Assembly: GCA_947629745.1 (NCBI GenBank)
Contig: CANREZ010000001.1
Span: 15,300-79,299, forward strand
DNA: 64,000 nt
Reading direction: 5' to 3'
Origin: an uncultured Clostridia bacterium
GTDB taxonomy: Bacteria; Bacillota; Clostridia; Christensenellales; UBA1242
Notes under the pieces: generated by a model
Database searches by the model: none
What the model was told of the DNA's origin: nothing
The model's input: the letters and a program-made list of their open reading frames with translations, nothing else
Shown: one piece after another, positions 1 to 12,400 of the stretch
Layout: each line of letters opens with the position of its first letter
Numbering within the stretch: the stretch's first letter is position 1
Position numbers and translations under genes: made by a program

Positions 1-885
1 ACGCTCGATATCTTCTCTCTGTACGCCACGGAGAAGTAATCCGATATTGTCACCTGCTTGTGCTTGGTCAAGCAATTTCCTGAACATTTCGACGCCGGTT
101 ACGACGGTCTTCATCTTGCCGCCTAGACCAACAATCTCTAGTTCGTCGCCGACCTTGACTGTTCCACGCTCAACACGGCCAGTAGCAACTGTACCACGAC
201 CGGTGATGGTGAACACATCCTCGACTGGCATCAAGAATGGTTTGTCATTCTCACGCACTGGATCTGGGATGTAGCTGTCGAGTGTTGCGATCAATTCTTT
301 GATAGCCTTGCAATTTGGACCATCTAATTGACCCTTGTCAACTTCCTCTAATGCCTTTAGAGCACTACCACGGATGATGGGTGTGGTGTCCCCTGGGAAT
401 CCATACTCAGTTAATAGGTCACGGATTTCCATTTCGACCAAGTCTAGTAACTCAGCATCGTCGACCATATCGCATTTATTCATGAATACGACAATGTATG
501 GCACACCGACCTGACGAGCTAGTAGGATATGCTCACGAGTTTGTGGCATAGGACCATCTGCTGCGGAAACGACTAGGATAGCACCATCCATCTGAGCAGC
601 ACCAGTAATCATGTTCTTAACATAGTCAGCATGTCCCGGGCAGTCGACGTGTGCATAGTGACGTTTCTCAGATTGATACTCAACGTGTGCGGTATTGATA
701 GTAATACCACGTGCCTTCTCTTCTGGAGCACCATCGATTTGGTCATAATTTTTACGCTCAGCTTTTCCTTCCTTAGCGAGCACTGCTGTGATAGCAGCAG
801 TTAGAGTTGTCTTACCATGATCGACGTGACCAATTGTTCCTACGTTGACATGGACTTTATCTCTATTAAATTTTTCTTTAGCCAT
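1..885 (-). CDS. tuf: Elongation factor Tu, N-terminal ~295 codons (3' end runs off the window)
   Basis: Reverse translation from the ATG at 885-883 reads [33 protein letters not shown], which contains the G1 P-loop. The gene lies directly downstream of fusA, as in the str operon. It is absent from the ORF track because no stop falls inside the window. Confidence 0.95.
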   Translation of the reverse strand, partial: MAKEKFNRDKVHVNVGTIGHVDHGKTTLTAAITAVLAKEGKAERKNYDQIDGAPEEKARGITINTAHVEYQSEKRHYAHVDCPGHADYVKNMITGAAQMDGAILVVSAADGPMPQTREHILLARQVGVPYIVVFMNKCDMVDDAELLDLVEMEIRDLLTEYGFPGDTTPIIRGSALKALEEVDKGQLDGPNCKAIKELIATLDSYIPDPVRENDKPFLMPVEDVFTITGRGTVATGRVERGTVKVGDELEIVGLGGKMKTVVTGVEMFRKLLDQAQAGDNIGLLLRGVQREDIER

Positions 886-922
886 TGTTTATTTTTTCCT
901 CCTTAAACATTTTTGCTAAATT

Positions 923-3001
923 TTAGCCTTTATTATGTTCGCCGATGATTTTATCAGCGATTTGTTTTGGAACTTCACTATAATGTGAGAATTCCATGCT
1001 GTAAGTACCACGACCTTGTGTGAGTCCGCGCAAGTCTCCGGCGTAACCGAACATCTCGCTAAGAGGCACATTGGCTGTGATTACCTGAGAGCCATTCCTC
1101 ATTTCTGTACCCGAAACCGTACCACGTCTGCGGTTTATATTACCCATGACATCTCCTAAGTATTCGTCTGGGATATCTACCTCTATCTTCATGATAGGTT
1201 CGAGTAAAACTGGATTTGCTTTCCTTGCTGCTTCCTTGTAAGCCATAGAACCAGCGATCTTGAAAGCCATCTCGGATGAGTCGACATCGTGATATGATCC
1301 GTCAAAGACTGTCACTTTGAAGTCAACCATCTCGTATCCTGCTAGAATTCCATTCTTTGCTGCTTCCTGTATACCATCATCGATTGCTGGGATGAATTCC
1401 TTAGGAATGACACCACCAACAATGTTATTGACAAATTGATAACCTGAGCCAGGCTCCATTGGTTCCATCTTGATCCAGCAGTGACCATACTGACCTTTAC
1501 CACCGGATTGCTTGATGTATTTACCTTCAGCCTCGACCGGCTTCCTGATTGTCTCACGGTATGCAACTTGTGGAGCACCGACATTGGTTTCCACTTTGAA
1601 TTCACGCTTTAGTCGATCCACAATTATTTCTAGGTGGAGTTCTCCCATACCTGCAATAATTGTCTGACCGGTCTCTTGATTGGTGAATGTCCTAAACGAT
1701 GGGTCTTCCTCAGCGAGTTTAAGCAAAGCTAGGATCATCTTTTCCTGATCAATCTTTGCCTTTGGCTCAATGCTCTCCTCGATAACTGGATCTGGGAAGT
1801 CCATGCGCTCTAACACTATTGGATATCTCTCATCACATAGAGTCTCACCTGTCGTGGTATCTTTTAATCCCACGATGGCCACTATGTCTCCTGCATACGC
1901 CTCGGTAATCTCCTCACGGTGATTAGCGTGCATACGGATGAGTCGACCAATACGTTCTTTCTTGTCCTTATTAGTATTTAGGGCATAACTACCAGCGGTG
2001 ATATGTCCGGAATAAACTCTAAAGAATGTGAGACGTCCGACAAATGGATCGGTCATGATCTTGAATGCTAGTCCTGCGAATGGATCTTCATCCTTTGGAT
2101 GGCAATCACGTTCCTCACCAGTGTCTGGGTTTGTGCCACGGATACTTGCAACATCAGTTGGTGCTGGCATGTAATCCACTATGGCATCAAGCAACTTCTG
2201 GACACCTTTGTTCTTAAAACTCGAACCGCAGATGACTGGCACTAGTTTATTTGTGACGCATCCTAGTCTTAGTCCGCGTTTAATACTCTCGATCTTTAGC
2301 GTTCCTGTCTCAAAGTATTCCTCCATAAGGGAGTCATCAAGCTCTGCCACAGCCTCTATCATCTGGGCACGATACTTCTCGACATCGGCTTTCATATCCT
2401 CTGGGATTGGACCTTCAATACGTTCATTTCCCATATCGTCCTTGTATGTCTCAGCGGTGAGATCTACTAGGTCGACAATTCCTCTGAATTCATCAGCTTG
2501 TCCAATTGGTAATTGGATAGGAACTGCGTTTGCGTTCAATCTCTTCTTCATCTGATCTACGACTCTTAGGAAGTTCGCGTCATTGATATCCATCTTATTA
2601 ATATATGCGAGTCTTGGGACAGAATATTTTGCAGCCAGTCTCCAGTTGGTCTCAGACTGTGCCTCAACTCCTCCACGTGCACTAAACACTGCCACTGCAC
2701 CATCTAGCACCTTTAGGCTACGCTCGACCTCGATAGTGAAGTCCACGTGTCCTGGGGTGTCGATGATATTGATCTGATGATCGCGCCATATACAAGTAGT
2801 AGCAGCTGAGGTGATGGTGATACCACGCTCCTGTTCCTGTGCCATATAGTCCATGGTTGCTGCACCATCGTGCACCTCACCAATCTTGTAGACCTTACCT
2901 GTATAATATAGGATTCTCTCAGTAGTAGTAGTCTTACCCGCATCTATGTGGGCCATAATTCCCACATTTCTCATCTTATCTAATGGGTGTGATCTTGGCA
3001 T
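923..3001 (-). CDS. fusA: Elongation factor G
   Basis: 692 aa. Motifs seen: [27 protein letters not shown] and NKMD. It sits in the rpsL-rpsG-fusA-tuf order. Confidence 0.97.
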   Translation of the reverse strand: MPRSHPLDKMRNVGIMAHIDAGKTTTTERILYYTGKVYKIGEVHDGAATMDYMAQEQERGITITSAATTCIWRDHQINIIDTPGHVDFTIEVERSLKVLDGAVAVFSARGGVEAQSETNWRLAAKYSVPRLAYINKMDINDANFLRVVDQMKKRLNANAVPIQLPIGQADEFRGIVDLVDLTAETYKDDMGNERIEGPIPEDMKADVEKYRAQMIEAVAELDDSLMEEYFETGTLKIESIKRGLRLGCVTNKLVPVICGSSFKNKGVQKLLDAIVDYMPAPTDVASIRGTNPDTGEERDCHPKDEDPFAGLAFKIMTDPFVGRLTFFRVYSGHITAGSYALNTNKDKKERIGRLIRMHANHREEITEAYAGDIVAIVGLKDTTTGETLCDERYPIVLERMDFPDPVIEESIEPKAKIDQEKMILALLKLAEEDPSFRTFTNQETGQTIIAGMGELHLEIIVDRLKREFKVETNVGAPQVAYRETIRKPVEAEGKYIKQSGGKGQYGHCWIKMEPMEPGSGYQFVNNIVGGVIPKEFIPAIDDGIQEAAKNGILAGYEMVDFKVTVFDGSYHDVDSSEMAFKIAGSMAYKEAARKANPVLLEPIMKIEVDIPDEYLGDVMGNINRRRGTVSGTEMRNGSQVITANVPLSEMFGYAGDLRGLTQGRGTYSMEFSHYSEVPKQIADKIIGEHNKG

Positions 3002-3021
3002 AATATTTTCCTTTAATTTAT

Positions 3022-3492
3022 TTACCAGCGATAGTGTGCGAATGCTTTGTTACTCTCAGCGATTCTATGCACATCTTCTTTCTTCTTGAATGCACCACCG
3101 GTACTATTATATGCATCCATAATCTCAGCCGCTAGCTTATTCTCCATACCACGTTCATTACGTTGTCTAGCATAGGTTACTAACCATCTAATAGCGAGCG
3201 TCTGTCTACGACTATCACGCACCTCCATTGGCACTTGATAATTCGAAGCACCTACCCTACGACTCTTGGTCTCGAGGACAGGTTTTAAATTGTCTAATGC
3301 TTTCTCAAAATATTCAAGTGGCTCAACATTTTGCTTAGCTTGAATGATATCAAAAGCCTTATATACTACGGTTTCTGCAACTGACTTCTTGCCATCATAC
3401 ATCACTTGATTGATTAGTTTCATAACAACTTTGCTATGATACTTTGCGTCTGGCAATACGTCACGGGTTGCAACACCACTGCGTCTTGGCAT
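3022..3492 (-). CDS. rpsG: 30S ribosomal protein S7
   Basis: 156 aa, starting MPRR... and ending ...AFAHYRW, which is typical of S7. It lies between rpsL and fusA. Confidence 0.96.
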   Translation of the reverse strand: MPRRSGVATRDVLPDAKYHSKVVMKLINQVMYDGKKSVAETVVYKAFDIIQAKQNVEPLEYFEKALDNLKPVLETKSRRVGASNYQVPMEVRDSRRQTLAIRWLVTYARQRNERGMENKLAAEIMDAYNSTGGAFKKKEDVHRIAESNKAFAHYRW

Positions 3493-3555
3493 ATTATCCT
3501 CCTTGTCTTATTATAAGAATTGCTACTATGTAGCATAAATTTTCGTGTAACGATA

Positions 3556-3927
3556 TTACTTACCCTTCTTTACACCATACTTGCTGCGGCCTTGTTTACG
3601 CTTTGCCACACCAGCAGTATCTAGTGTACCGCGGATGATGTGATATCTGACACCTGGCAAGTCACGAACCCTGCCACCACGGATAAGTACAACACTGTGC
3701 TCCTGAAGATTGTGTCCCTCGCCTGGAATGTAGCAAGTACCTTCCTTGCCATTCGATAGCCTGACCTTTGCAATCTTCCTAAGTGCGGAGTTTGGCTTCT
3801 TTGGTGTAGTAGTACCTACACTCAAACATACACCACGTTTTTGCGGATTCTCGTCTAAGATAGGTGTCTTTGACTTAGCATCAACGGTCTTTCTGCCCTT
3901 TCGCACTAACTGATTAATTGTTGGCAT
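3556..3927 (-). CDS. rpsL: 30S ribosomal protein S12
   Basis: 123 aa. Signatures seen: [12 protein letters not shown]... and [10 protein letters not shown]. Confidence 0.97.
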   Translation of the reverse strand: MPTINQLVRKGRKTVDAKSKTPILDENPQKRGVCLSVGTTTPKKPNSALRKIAKVRLSNGKEGTCYIPGEGHNLQEHSVVLIRGGRVRDLPGVRYHIIRGTLDTAGVAKRKQGRSKYGVKKGK

Positions 3928-4323
3928 TTCTCCTCCTTGAAATAATCTATCGCAAGACTACTTCGCAAACCCTAAAGCAATCTTACCAAAAAATCTACCT
4001 AGCACAGATGTATCATACACCTCTTATAATACGGTAGGAGCGACCAAATACATTGCACCGACAAGGTATTTTGATCACCGCCCAAACTATGCAAACATAT
4101 TTTTGGGCATACTATAATACGATAATGATTGTAGCAAATATAGTCCCAAGTGTCAACCCTTTTTAACGCTTTTTGTACATGAAAATCAATAGTTTTTCTG
4201 CGCACTTTTTCTGTCCGCTCGAAATAAAATTTGCCTGTCATAATTTTATAAATTTTTGAAGCGAATTTTGGCACAAAAAAATCCAACAAGCAACCTTGTT
4301 GGACTAATAATCTTATCACTAAA

Positions 4324-4611
4324 TTATTTTAACTCTAATACTTTTCCCTTATCATCTACGCTCACATCGACAAGGACTATATCTTTTCCCTTAAATTTGC
4401 TCCTAAGGAACGCAAATGTGGATGGCTCAGGAAATTCTGCATCAACCATAGCTGCTACCTCGACGTAGTTACCTAGTACTTCGACAGCCTCTGCGTGTGC
4501 CTGCTCCATAGTATCACCATAAGCAAAAATACCTAAATCCTCGAAATATAGGACAAATTGCTCATTGCTATCGTCATAATACACTATTGCTGGATAGATA
4601 AATTTCTTCAC
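4324..4611 (-). CDS. HicB-like (UPF0150) antitoxin-fold protein; no HicA partner seen
   Basis: 95 aa with the HicB-like N-terminal pattern YPAIVYYDDSNEQFVLYFEDLGIFAYGDTMEQAHAEA. It has a GTG start preceded by AGGAG. No ORF of 60 aa or more lies between it and the next gene. Confidence 0.55.
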   Translation of the reverse strand: MKKFIYPAIVYYDDSNEQFVLYFEDLGIFAYGDTMEQAHAEAVEVLGNYVEVAAMVDAEFPEPSTFAFLRSKFKGKDIVLVDVSVDDKGKVLELK

Positions 4612-4887
4612 TTTTCCACTCCTAAGTTACCAATATTTCAGCATTTTATATTAAAAATATATCACAATTTTCACCCTTTGTAAAATTGTTATGACAAAAT
4701 ACCTAAAAATAAATTAAATTGTACAGCACAAAATTTAATAGCTGAAACTATGGTTATAAAGTAAAGAATAAATTATATTATTGAAGATATCTGTATGATA
4801 TTCTATTATACAGAAAATAACACTGACCATTATATGGCCTCTGTTTGTACCAAAAATGGGTTATCTTATATCATCTTCTAGTGCAAC

Positions 4888-4925
4888 AAAAAAAGATGGG
4901 TTATCTTATTAGATCTTCCCATCTT
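4888..4925 (-). terminator. Intrinsic terminator after the 4991..5671 gene
   Basis: On the minus strand, an AAGATGGG...CCCATCTT stem of 8 bp is followed by a T-run. Confidence 0.6.
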
Positions 4926-4990
4926 ACTTTGTCTTTAAATATTGCAACTAATTTTGCTTCTTTGTCAAAATATGTTTTTCTATAAAGAGG

Positions 4991-5671
4991 TTATTCTCTC
5001 TCTTCCTCTTCCTCGATTTCCATTTCTTCTTCTATTGCAACGACTTCCCCGTTTCTGTCAAGATATGCATTCCTGCCATCTACGAGGTTAACACAGGTGT
5101 ATTCTTCTTTATTGAAGCTTGCCATCTTGTCAGGTCTAACTAAAAGCTTCCTTCCATCCTCTAGTGTAATTAAACCAAAATCATTCGTATTCACTTCTTC
5201 ACTCTCCTCAGTATTTTCCTTTTCATACTCTTTAGTAGCTTGAGCTGCTAATTCGTGGAGAGTGCGGACTCTATCACCTTTCCTAATATCAGTATTGTGA
5301 TAAGTGAATATCATATTCTGCAGTACGTCCTGTAATGCAGGATTCTTCGCAGCACTGGTCCTCTCAAGATATTTCATACATCTATCAAAACTAAACTGAA
5401 TATCAGGATTCTCCAACATTCTATCGTTAAAACATAATTGAAGCAAATATGCTACCTTGTCATACTTGTTTGCAACCTTTAGATAAATATCCTTATCTTC
5501 TTTATCTAGATTCACTATATCTATATCTGTGAATACTCCTGATGCCTCGCTAAGTGCCATCATGGATGTAGCAAAGGAGATGGATAGTTCTCTATTAGTA
5601 TACTCATTATAATCCCTATTGCTCTTCTTATTAATAAGTTCTTTGAATACATTCTCGTTAATTTTTGCCAT
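4991..5671 (-). CDS. Hypothetical protein with an acidic C-terminal tail
   Basis: Clean 226-aa ORF followed by a hairpin plus T-tract terminator. I recognise no family. Confidence 0.6.
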   Translation of the reverse strand: MAKINENVFKELINKKSNRDYNEYTNRELSISFATSMMALSEASGVFTDIDIVNLDKEDKDIYLKVANKYDKVAYLLQLCFNDRMLENPDIQFSFDRCMKYLERTSAAKNPALQDVLQNMIFTYHNTDIRKGDRVRTLHELAAQATKEYEKENTEESEEVNTNDFGLITLEDGRKLLVRPDKMASFNKEEYTCVNLVDGRNAYLDRNGEVVAIEEEMEIEEEEERE

Positions 5672-5781
5672 TTAATCTCTCCTAAGTATGACTAATTATA
5701 ACATATAAAAATTTATTTGTAAATACCCAACTTATAATTTTTAGCAAAAATAAAAAAGTGCTATATGTAGCACCTTTTTAT

Positions 5782-8700
5782 CTATTCGCTAATACTCGAA
5801 TCATCCTCAAAGTATTTGGTCATACTCTCGTCCACTGCACGTGTGTCAGATGGGACATCGTCCACGCTAGTGTACTCAGTATTCTTGATAGAAGCAAAAC
5901 CTGTACCTGCCGGGATAGGCTTGCCCACTATGACGTTCTCACTAAGACCACGCAAGTGGTCGACTTTGCCTTTTAGTGCAGCATCGGTTAGAGCCTTACT
6001 AGTCTCCTGGAATGATGCAGCGGCAAGGAAGCTCTCTGAGTGATTGGATGCCTTGGTGATACCTAGTACCTGTGCGCGCACAGTAGCTGGCACTCCGCCC
6101 TCGGCAAGTACCCTCTTATTCTCCTCTTCGAATACGCGGATATCCACGACATCGCCGGTAAGGAGATTGGTATCTCCAGCGTCCTTCACCTTCACTTTAC
6201 GTAGCATTTGTTTCACAATCACTTCGATATGCTTTGGATTGATCTTGACACCTTGTGGAGCATATGTTGCTAACACTTCGGATAACAAGTATTCCTCAAC
6301 AGCCTTTGTACCACGAGTGATGAGCAAGTCATTTGGATTGATAGATCCTGCAGTCAATACATCACCTGCCTCCACATGATCGCCGGTCTTAACCTTTAGA
6401 TTTAGTCCATATGGGATGATGTAATGGCCATCACCCTCTGGGTTCTTCACAAATATCTCATAATATTTGCCACCCTCTTTGGCTGAAGATTGTTTCTCCT
6501 CCACCACGACTTGTCCTGCCACCTCGGATATAGTTGCAGCACCTTTTGGATTGCGTGCCTCAAATATTTCCTCGACTCTTGGCAGACCTTGGGTGATGTC
6601 GGCAGCACTTGCGATACCACCAGTGTGGAAGGTACGCATGGTCAGCTGTGTTCCTGGTTCACCAATGGATTGTGCTGCGATGATTCCCACAGCCTCGCCG
6701 ATAGGAATGATATCGTTATTGACCATGTTCTTGCCATAACATTTCTGGCAAATACCTGTCTTTGACTTGCAGGTGAGCACAGTCCTGATATTCACTTTTT
6801 CTATCCCTGCTGCAATGATCTGCTCGGCCATAGCCTTGGTGATCATAGTGTCAGCTGGGACTATCACTTTCTTTGTCTTTGGATTTATCACATCATCTAC
6901 TGTGAATCTACCCACAATGCGCTCCTCTAGTGAGCAAACTGGAGTATTATCCTTCACAATAGTGCTGACTTCCATACCCTTTACTTTCTCGCCGTTATTC
7001 TTGAAGCAGTCATCCTCGGTGATAACCACATCTTGTGCGACGACGACAAGTCTACGGGTGAGGTATCCAGAGTCAGCAGTCTTTAACACCTTGTCTTGAA
7101 GACCTTTTCTAGCACCACGAGATGATATGAAATATTCTAGTGGTGATGCGCCTTCACGGAAGTTTGACTTGACAGGAATGTCAATAGGACGTCCAGAAGA
7201 ATTGGACATAATACCACGCATTCCGCATAGTTGTAACACCTGGCTAGACGAACCACGCGCTCCAGACTGGGACATGATACGAATAGGATTCATTGGATCC
7301 ATATTCTCGATCACTATCTTTTGGAGTTTATTCGTAGTCTCTTTCCACAGTGCGATATTCTTCTCGAGTTTCTCCTCATTAGTGAGTAGTCCTCGTGCAT
7401 AGAATTTCTCATTCTCAGAGACTTTCTTCTCAGTCTCCTCGATTAATTCTTTCTTTTGCTTTGGAATGACCATATCAAAGACGTTGATAGTGATAGCGCC
7501 GATTGTCGCATATTTGTATCCAAGTGTCTTGATATTGTCTAGCATCTTACTAGTCTCAGTCACGCCTAGATTGTCAAAACACGTGCTGATGATAGTGCTA
7601 AGTGACTTGTCAGTAATTGGGAATGTGACCTCATATTGATTCACATTCTCACGCTTTGTCCTATCGACCAAGCCGATATTCTGAGGAATCTTCTGATTGA
7701 ATATGATCTGACCAGCGGATGCACGTACTCTATCTGTCACCATCTTGCCATTAAACATACTGCTACGTCTAACGTATATAGGCGACTGTATGCCAATCTG
7801 CTTGTCAGCATATGCCATGAGCACTTCATCTTCGTCTTTAAAGTATCTATCTCTGCCTAGTGCGTCTGGCTTGTCATTTAGATAAGTCAAGTAGTATGAG
7901 CCAAGTATCATATCCTGAGTTGGGGTACAAATAGGTTTGCCCGTTGCTGGCTTTAGGATATTGTTGCTTGCGAGCATTAGTATCCTTGCCTCAGCAATTG
8001 CCTCAGGTGATAGTGGCACATGCACAGCCATCTGGTCACCATCGAAGTCTGCGTTAAATCCACCGCAAACTAGTGGGTGAAGCTTGATAGCCTTGCCCTC
8101 GACTAACACAGGCTCGAATGCTTGGATAGATAGTCTGTGAAGTGTAGGTGCACGGTTTAGTAACACTGGGTGGTCCTTGATGACCTCATCTAGTATATCC
8201 CACACCTCTGGCCTTCGTGCGTCAATAGCACGACGAGCACTACGGATATTGAGGGATACGTTTTGCTCAAGCAGTCTCCTCATGATGAATGGCTTGAATA
8301 ATTCAAGCGCCATGAGTTTTGGCAGACCGCATTGATACATCTTTAGTTCTGGTCCAACGACGATAACCGAACGACCGGAGTAGTCAACACGCTTGCCAAG
8401 CAAGTTCTGACGGAATCTACCAGTCTTACCCTTGAGTGCAGCAGTGAGGCTCTTTAGCTCTCTCTGCCTTGCGCCTTGCACAGCTTTGCCGCGCTTGCCG
8501 TTCTCGATAAGTGCGTCGACTGCTTCCTGCAACATTCTCTTCTCATTACGAATGATGACTTCTGGAGCACCAATCGATATGAATTTCTTTAACCTATTAT
8601 TGCGGTTGATAATCCTGCGATATAAGTCATTGATATCTGATGTGGCGAATCTGCCACCATCTAGTTGGATCATAGGACGAATATCAGGAGGGATCACTGG

Positions 8701-9396
8701 GATCACTTCGAGTATCATCCACTCTGGTCGATTGCCGGATCTGATGAATCCATCAACCATCTCTAATTTCTTCGCAAGCTTTGCTTCCTTCTGACCTTTT
8801 GCAGTCTTCAGTTGCTCGCGGATATTCTTGCTCTCTTGCTCTAGATTAATCTCGGATAATAGTTCCCTGATTGCTTCTCCACCCATGCCAGCTTTGAAAC
8901 TGCCTGGGCCGAACTTGTCTAGTGCCTCACGATACTCAGTATCGTTGATCAGTTGGAATTTTTGGAAATTGGTCTTGCCTGGGTCAATCACGATGAAATT
9001 GACGAAGTATATGACACGCTCTAGTTGCTTGGAATTTAGATTGAGCATAGTGCCGATACGGCTAGGAATATTTTGCATAAACCAAATGTGTGCCACTGGA
9101 GTAGCGAGCTCAATGTGTCCCATACGTTCACGACGCACAGCACTATTTGTGACCTCCACTCCGCACTTCGGACAGACAATGCCCTTGTGACGAATGCGCT
9201 TGTATGCACCGCAATGGCACTCCCAACTCTTCTTAGGTCCGAAGATCCTCTCGCAAAGTAGTCCTGCTGGCTCAGGCTTGTGAGTACGATAATTGATCGT
9301 CTCCGACTTTGTCACCTCGCCATGTGACCATGCACGAATCTTCTCCGGGGAGGCAATCGCTATCCTTATTGATGATAAATTATTTAATTCAAACAT
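5782..9396 (-). CDS. rpoC: DNA-directed RNA polymerase subunit beta'
   Basis: 1204 aa. It has the NADFDGDQM catalytic motif and an N-terminal zinc-binding CxC...CxxC. It immediately follows rpoB. Confidence 0.98.
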   Translation of the reverse strand: MFELNNLSSIRIAIASPEKIRAWSHGEVTKSETINYRTHKPEPAGLLCERIFGPKKSWECHCGAYKRIRHKGIVCPKCGVEVTNSAVRRERMGHIELATPVAHIWFMQNIPSRIGTMLNLNSKQLERVIYFVNFIVIDPGKTNFQKFQLINDTEYREALDKFGPGSFKAGMGGEAIRELLSEINLEQESKNIREQLKTAKGQKEAKLAKKLEMVDGFIRSGNRPEWMILEVIPVIPPDIRPMIQLDGGRFATSDINDLYRRIINRNNRLKKFISIGAPEVIIRNEKRMLQEAVDALIENGKRGKAVQGARQRELKSLTAALKGKTGRFRQNLLGKRVDYSGRSVIVVGPELKMYQCGLPKLMALELFKPFIMRRLLEQNVSLNIRSARRAIDARRPEVWDILDEVIKDHPVLLNRAPTLHRLSIQAFEPVLVEGKAIKLHPLVCGGFNADFDGDQMAVHVPLSPEAIAEARILMLASNNILKPATGKPICTPTQDMILGSYYLTYLNDKPDALGRDRYFKDEDEVLMAYADKQIGIQSPIYVRRSSMFNGKMVTDRVRASAGQIIFNQKIPQNIGLVDRTKRENVNQYEVTFPITDKSLSTIISTCFDNLGVTETSKMLDNIKTLGYKYATIGAITINVFDMVIPKQKKELIEETEKKVSENEKFYARGLLTNEEKLEKNIALWKETTNKLQKIVIENMDPMNPIRIMSQSGARGSSSQVLQLCGMRGIMSNSSGRPIDIPVKSNFREGASPLEYFISSRGARKGLQDKVLKTADSGYLTRRLVVVAQDVVITEDDCFKNNGEKVKGMEVSTIVKDNTPVCSLEERIVGRFTVDDVINPKTKKVIVPADTMITKAMAEQIIAAGIEKVNIRTVLTCKSKTGICQKCYGKNMVNNDIIPIGEAVGIIAAQSIGEPGTQLTMRTFHTGGIASAADITQGLPRVEEIFEARNPKGAATISEVAGQVVVEEKQSSAKEGGKYYEIFVKNPEGDGHYIIPYGLNLKVKTGDHVEAGDVLTAGSINPNDLLITRGTKAVEEYLLSEVLATYAPQGVKINPKHIEVIVKQMLRKVKVKDAGDTNLLTGDVVDIRVFEEENKRVLAEGGVPATVRAQVLGITKASNHSESFLAAASFQETSKALTDAALKGKVDHLRGLSENVIVGKPIPAGTGFASIKNTEYTSVDDVPSDTRAVDESMTKYFEDDSSISE

Positions 9397-9408
9397 ATCT
9401 TACCTCTC

Positions 9409-12400
9409 CTAATCATCGATGTCATCAAATAGCAATGACTCATCAAATAAATTACCTTCATCAAATGACTCATCACCCTCGATGTCCTCAGTAGTTGTTT
9501 GTTCCTCAAAGTCAAGGCTGACCTCATCCATCTCTTCCTTTGGCTTGGACACTTCGCTGAATGTTTGCACAGTGTCTTGGTCAAATTCGGATAACTTGAA
9601 TTCCTTGCCATCTGCAGTCATGAGCTGCACATCTAGTCCTAGACCTTGGAGTTCCTTGATTAATACCTTGAATGTCTGTGGCACGCCTGGCTCTGGGAGG
9701 TTATTGCCCTCGACAATTGCCTTGTATGCCTTGTCTCTGCCATCTATATCGTCACTCTTGATAGTCATATTCTCTTGGAGCAACTTACTTGCACCATATG
9801 CCTCAAGTGCCCAGACTTCCATTTCGCCGAATTTCTGACCACCCATCATAGCTTTACCACCAAGAGGTTGTTGGGTCACATATGCGTATGGACCGACGCT
9901 CCTTGCGTGCATCTTGTCATCTACCATGTGTTCTAGCTTGATATAGTACATATATCCGACAGTGACTGGGTTCTCGAATAATTCACCGGTCCTGCCATCA
10001 TACAATTGGATCTTGCCATTGCTTGGGAAATTATTCTCCTCTAGCAAGTGTTGGATATCGGTCTCTCTCACTCCGTCAAAGACTGGAGTTGCGATCTTAA
10101 TGCCTAGTGACTTGCACACTAGTCCTAGGTGGGTCTCAAGGACCTGACCTATATTCATACGAGATGGGACACCTAGTGGATTTAACACTATATCCACAGG
10201 CTGACCATTTGGCATGAATGGCATATCCTCTACTGGCAATATTCTAGAAACTGTTCCTTTGTTTCCATGACGTCCGGACATCTTATCACCGATTTGGATC
10301 TTCCTCTTCTGTGCTATGATAACGCGGATTAAGCGATTCACACCAGTATCTAGTTCGTCATGATTTTTCCTTGAGAATTCCTGCACGTCGATGACCACAC
10401 CATCGATTCCGTGTGGCACACGCAGGGATGTATCCTTCACATCACGTGCTTTCTCACCAAATATTGCTCGGAGCAATCTCTCCTCAGGAGTTGGCTCAGT
10501 CTCACCCTTTGGCGTGACTTTTCCTACTAAGATATCACCTGTCGTGACCTCAGCACCTACACGGATGATACCATTCTCGTCTAGATCTTTTAGCGCTTCC
10601 TCTCCAGTATTTGGGATATCCCTCGTGATCTCTTCATCACCGAGTTTCGTTGTCCTACAAGCAATCTCCTCTTCCTTTAAGCAAATTGATGTATAGACGT
10701 CTTCTTTTACTAATCTTTCAGATAGCAGTATAGCATCCTCATAGTTGTAACCTTCCCAATTCATGAATGCTATTAGCATATTATGACCTAGGGACAATTC
10801 ACCACCACAAGTAGCATAACCGTCGGCGATAACCTCACCCTTCTTCACCTTTTGTCCAATCTTCACAATTGGCTTTTGGTTCATACAAGATTCTTGGTTA
10901 GTACGGTGGAACTTGATTAGCTCATACTCATCAAGGTCACCCTTGTCTGTCAATATTGTGATGTGGCTAGCATCTACGCTCTTTACCACACCGGAATTCT
11001 TTGCCACATGGATGCTGCCATTGTCTAGCGCTATCCTATATTCTGTACCGGTTGCCACAATTGGCGCTTCGGTACGGATGAGTGGCACAGCCTGTCTCTG
11101 CATGTTACAACCCATAAGTGCACGTCCACCCTCACCATTCTCTAGGAATGGGATGATGGATGCGGATATGGAGACAATCTCCTTAGCCGACACATCCATA
11201 TAATCTATCTTGTCTGCAGGCACGGACATAATAGTATCCATGTGACGTGCAGTGATATATTTATTCTTAAACGTGCCATCTTCATTTAGTGGCTCAGTAG
11301 CCTGAGCGATATAGCACTTCTCATCTTCGTCAGCCATGAGGTAGACGATGTTGTTCGTCACAACGTGCTTTTCCTTTGACTTGTCCACTGTGCGATATGG
11401 CACTTCGATGAATCCATATTTATTGACTTTAGCATATGTTGCGAGGTTGTTGATAAGACCGATATTCGATCCCTCAGGAGTCTCGACCACACATAATCTG
11501 CCATAATGGCTGTGATGGATATCACGGACCTCATCTGTTGCACGGTCTTTCTTGATACCGCCTGGACCAACTGCGGATAACCTCCTCTTCTGAGCAAGGC
11601 TCGATAAAGGATTCATCTCATCCATCAGCTGAGACAACTGGTGCCCTGCAAGGAAATCCTTGAATGCACGGTTGATTGGTCTTGCATTTAATACCTGAGA
11701 TGGAGTAATGTCATTTAGGTCATGAGAGTGTAGGCTCTCTTTTACCGTAGTAGACAATTTCATCATTCCACTAAATAAACTGTCACGGAGCAACTCACCT
11801 GCAGCCTTTATCCTACGATTGCATAGGTGGTCGACCACGTCGCAATATCCTATTCCCTCATTTAGATCTAGGAAGTATGACACTGTTGCGAGCAGGTCAT
11901 CCATAGTAGCAGTCGTGCCAACTAATTCCCCTGCATTTGCCTTGATTGCCTCGATCCTCTCGTCCTTGGTCTTATGTTCCTTTAATAATTCTTCTAGCAC
12001 TGGATAGTAGACTAATTGGTCGATGCCGAGTTCTTCCTCATTGCACTTGAATACTTCGGAGAGCTTCACACGGTTGTTGCCCACCATCTTGTGACGCTTG
12101 CCATCCACTAGCACCCACACTTCGTTGATGCCACTATTTTGCACCTTGTAGGCAATTTCCCTAGTAAACGTCTCACCTGCGCCGATGAGCTTAGTCTTCT
12201 TTGCCATGATGTCATCTGCTGAGACTAAACCCTCTAGACGATTAGCAAGAGACAGTTTCTTATCCACCTTGAATCTACCCACATCACCCATGCGGTATAG
12301 ATGCTCGTTAAAGAATTGTGAGAAAATAAATTGTTTAGTTGCCTCGACATTTGGAATCTCACTAGGACGTGTACGACGAGATAACTCGATGAGTGCATCC

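Noticed and set aside
3999-4319. A 106-aa ORF on the minus strand lies in the region upstream of rpsL.
   Set aside because: It has a Cys/His-rich odd composition and no RBS. It sits in the expected rpsL leader/promoter region and is most likely non-coding.
4856-4908. There is a direct 14-nt repeat, ATGGGTTATCTTAT, at 4856 and 4895.
   Set aside because: The second copy is part of the terminator hairpin of the 4991..5671 gene. This is a short local duplication with no further copies, so it is not informative.
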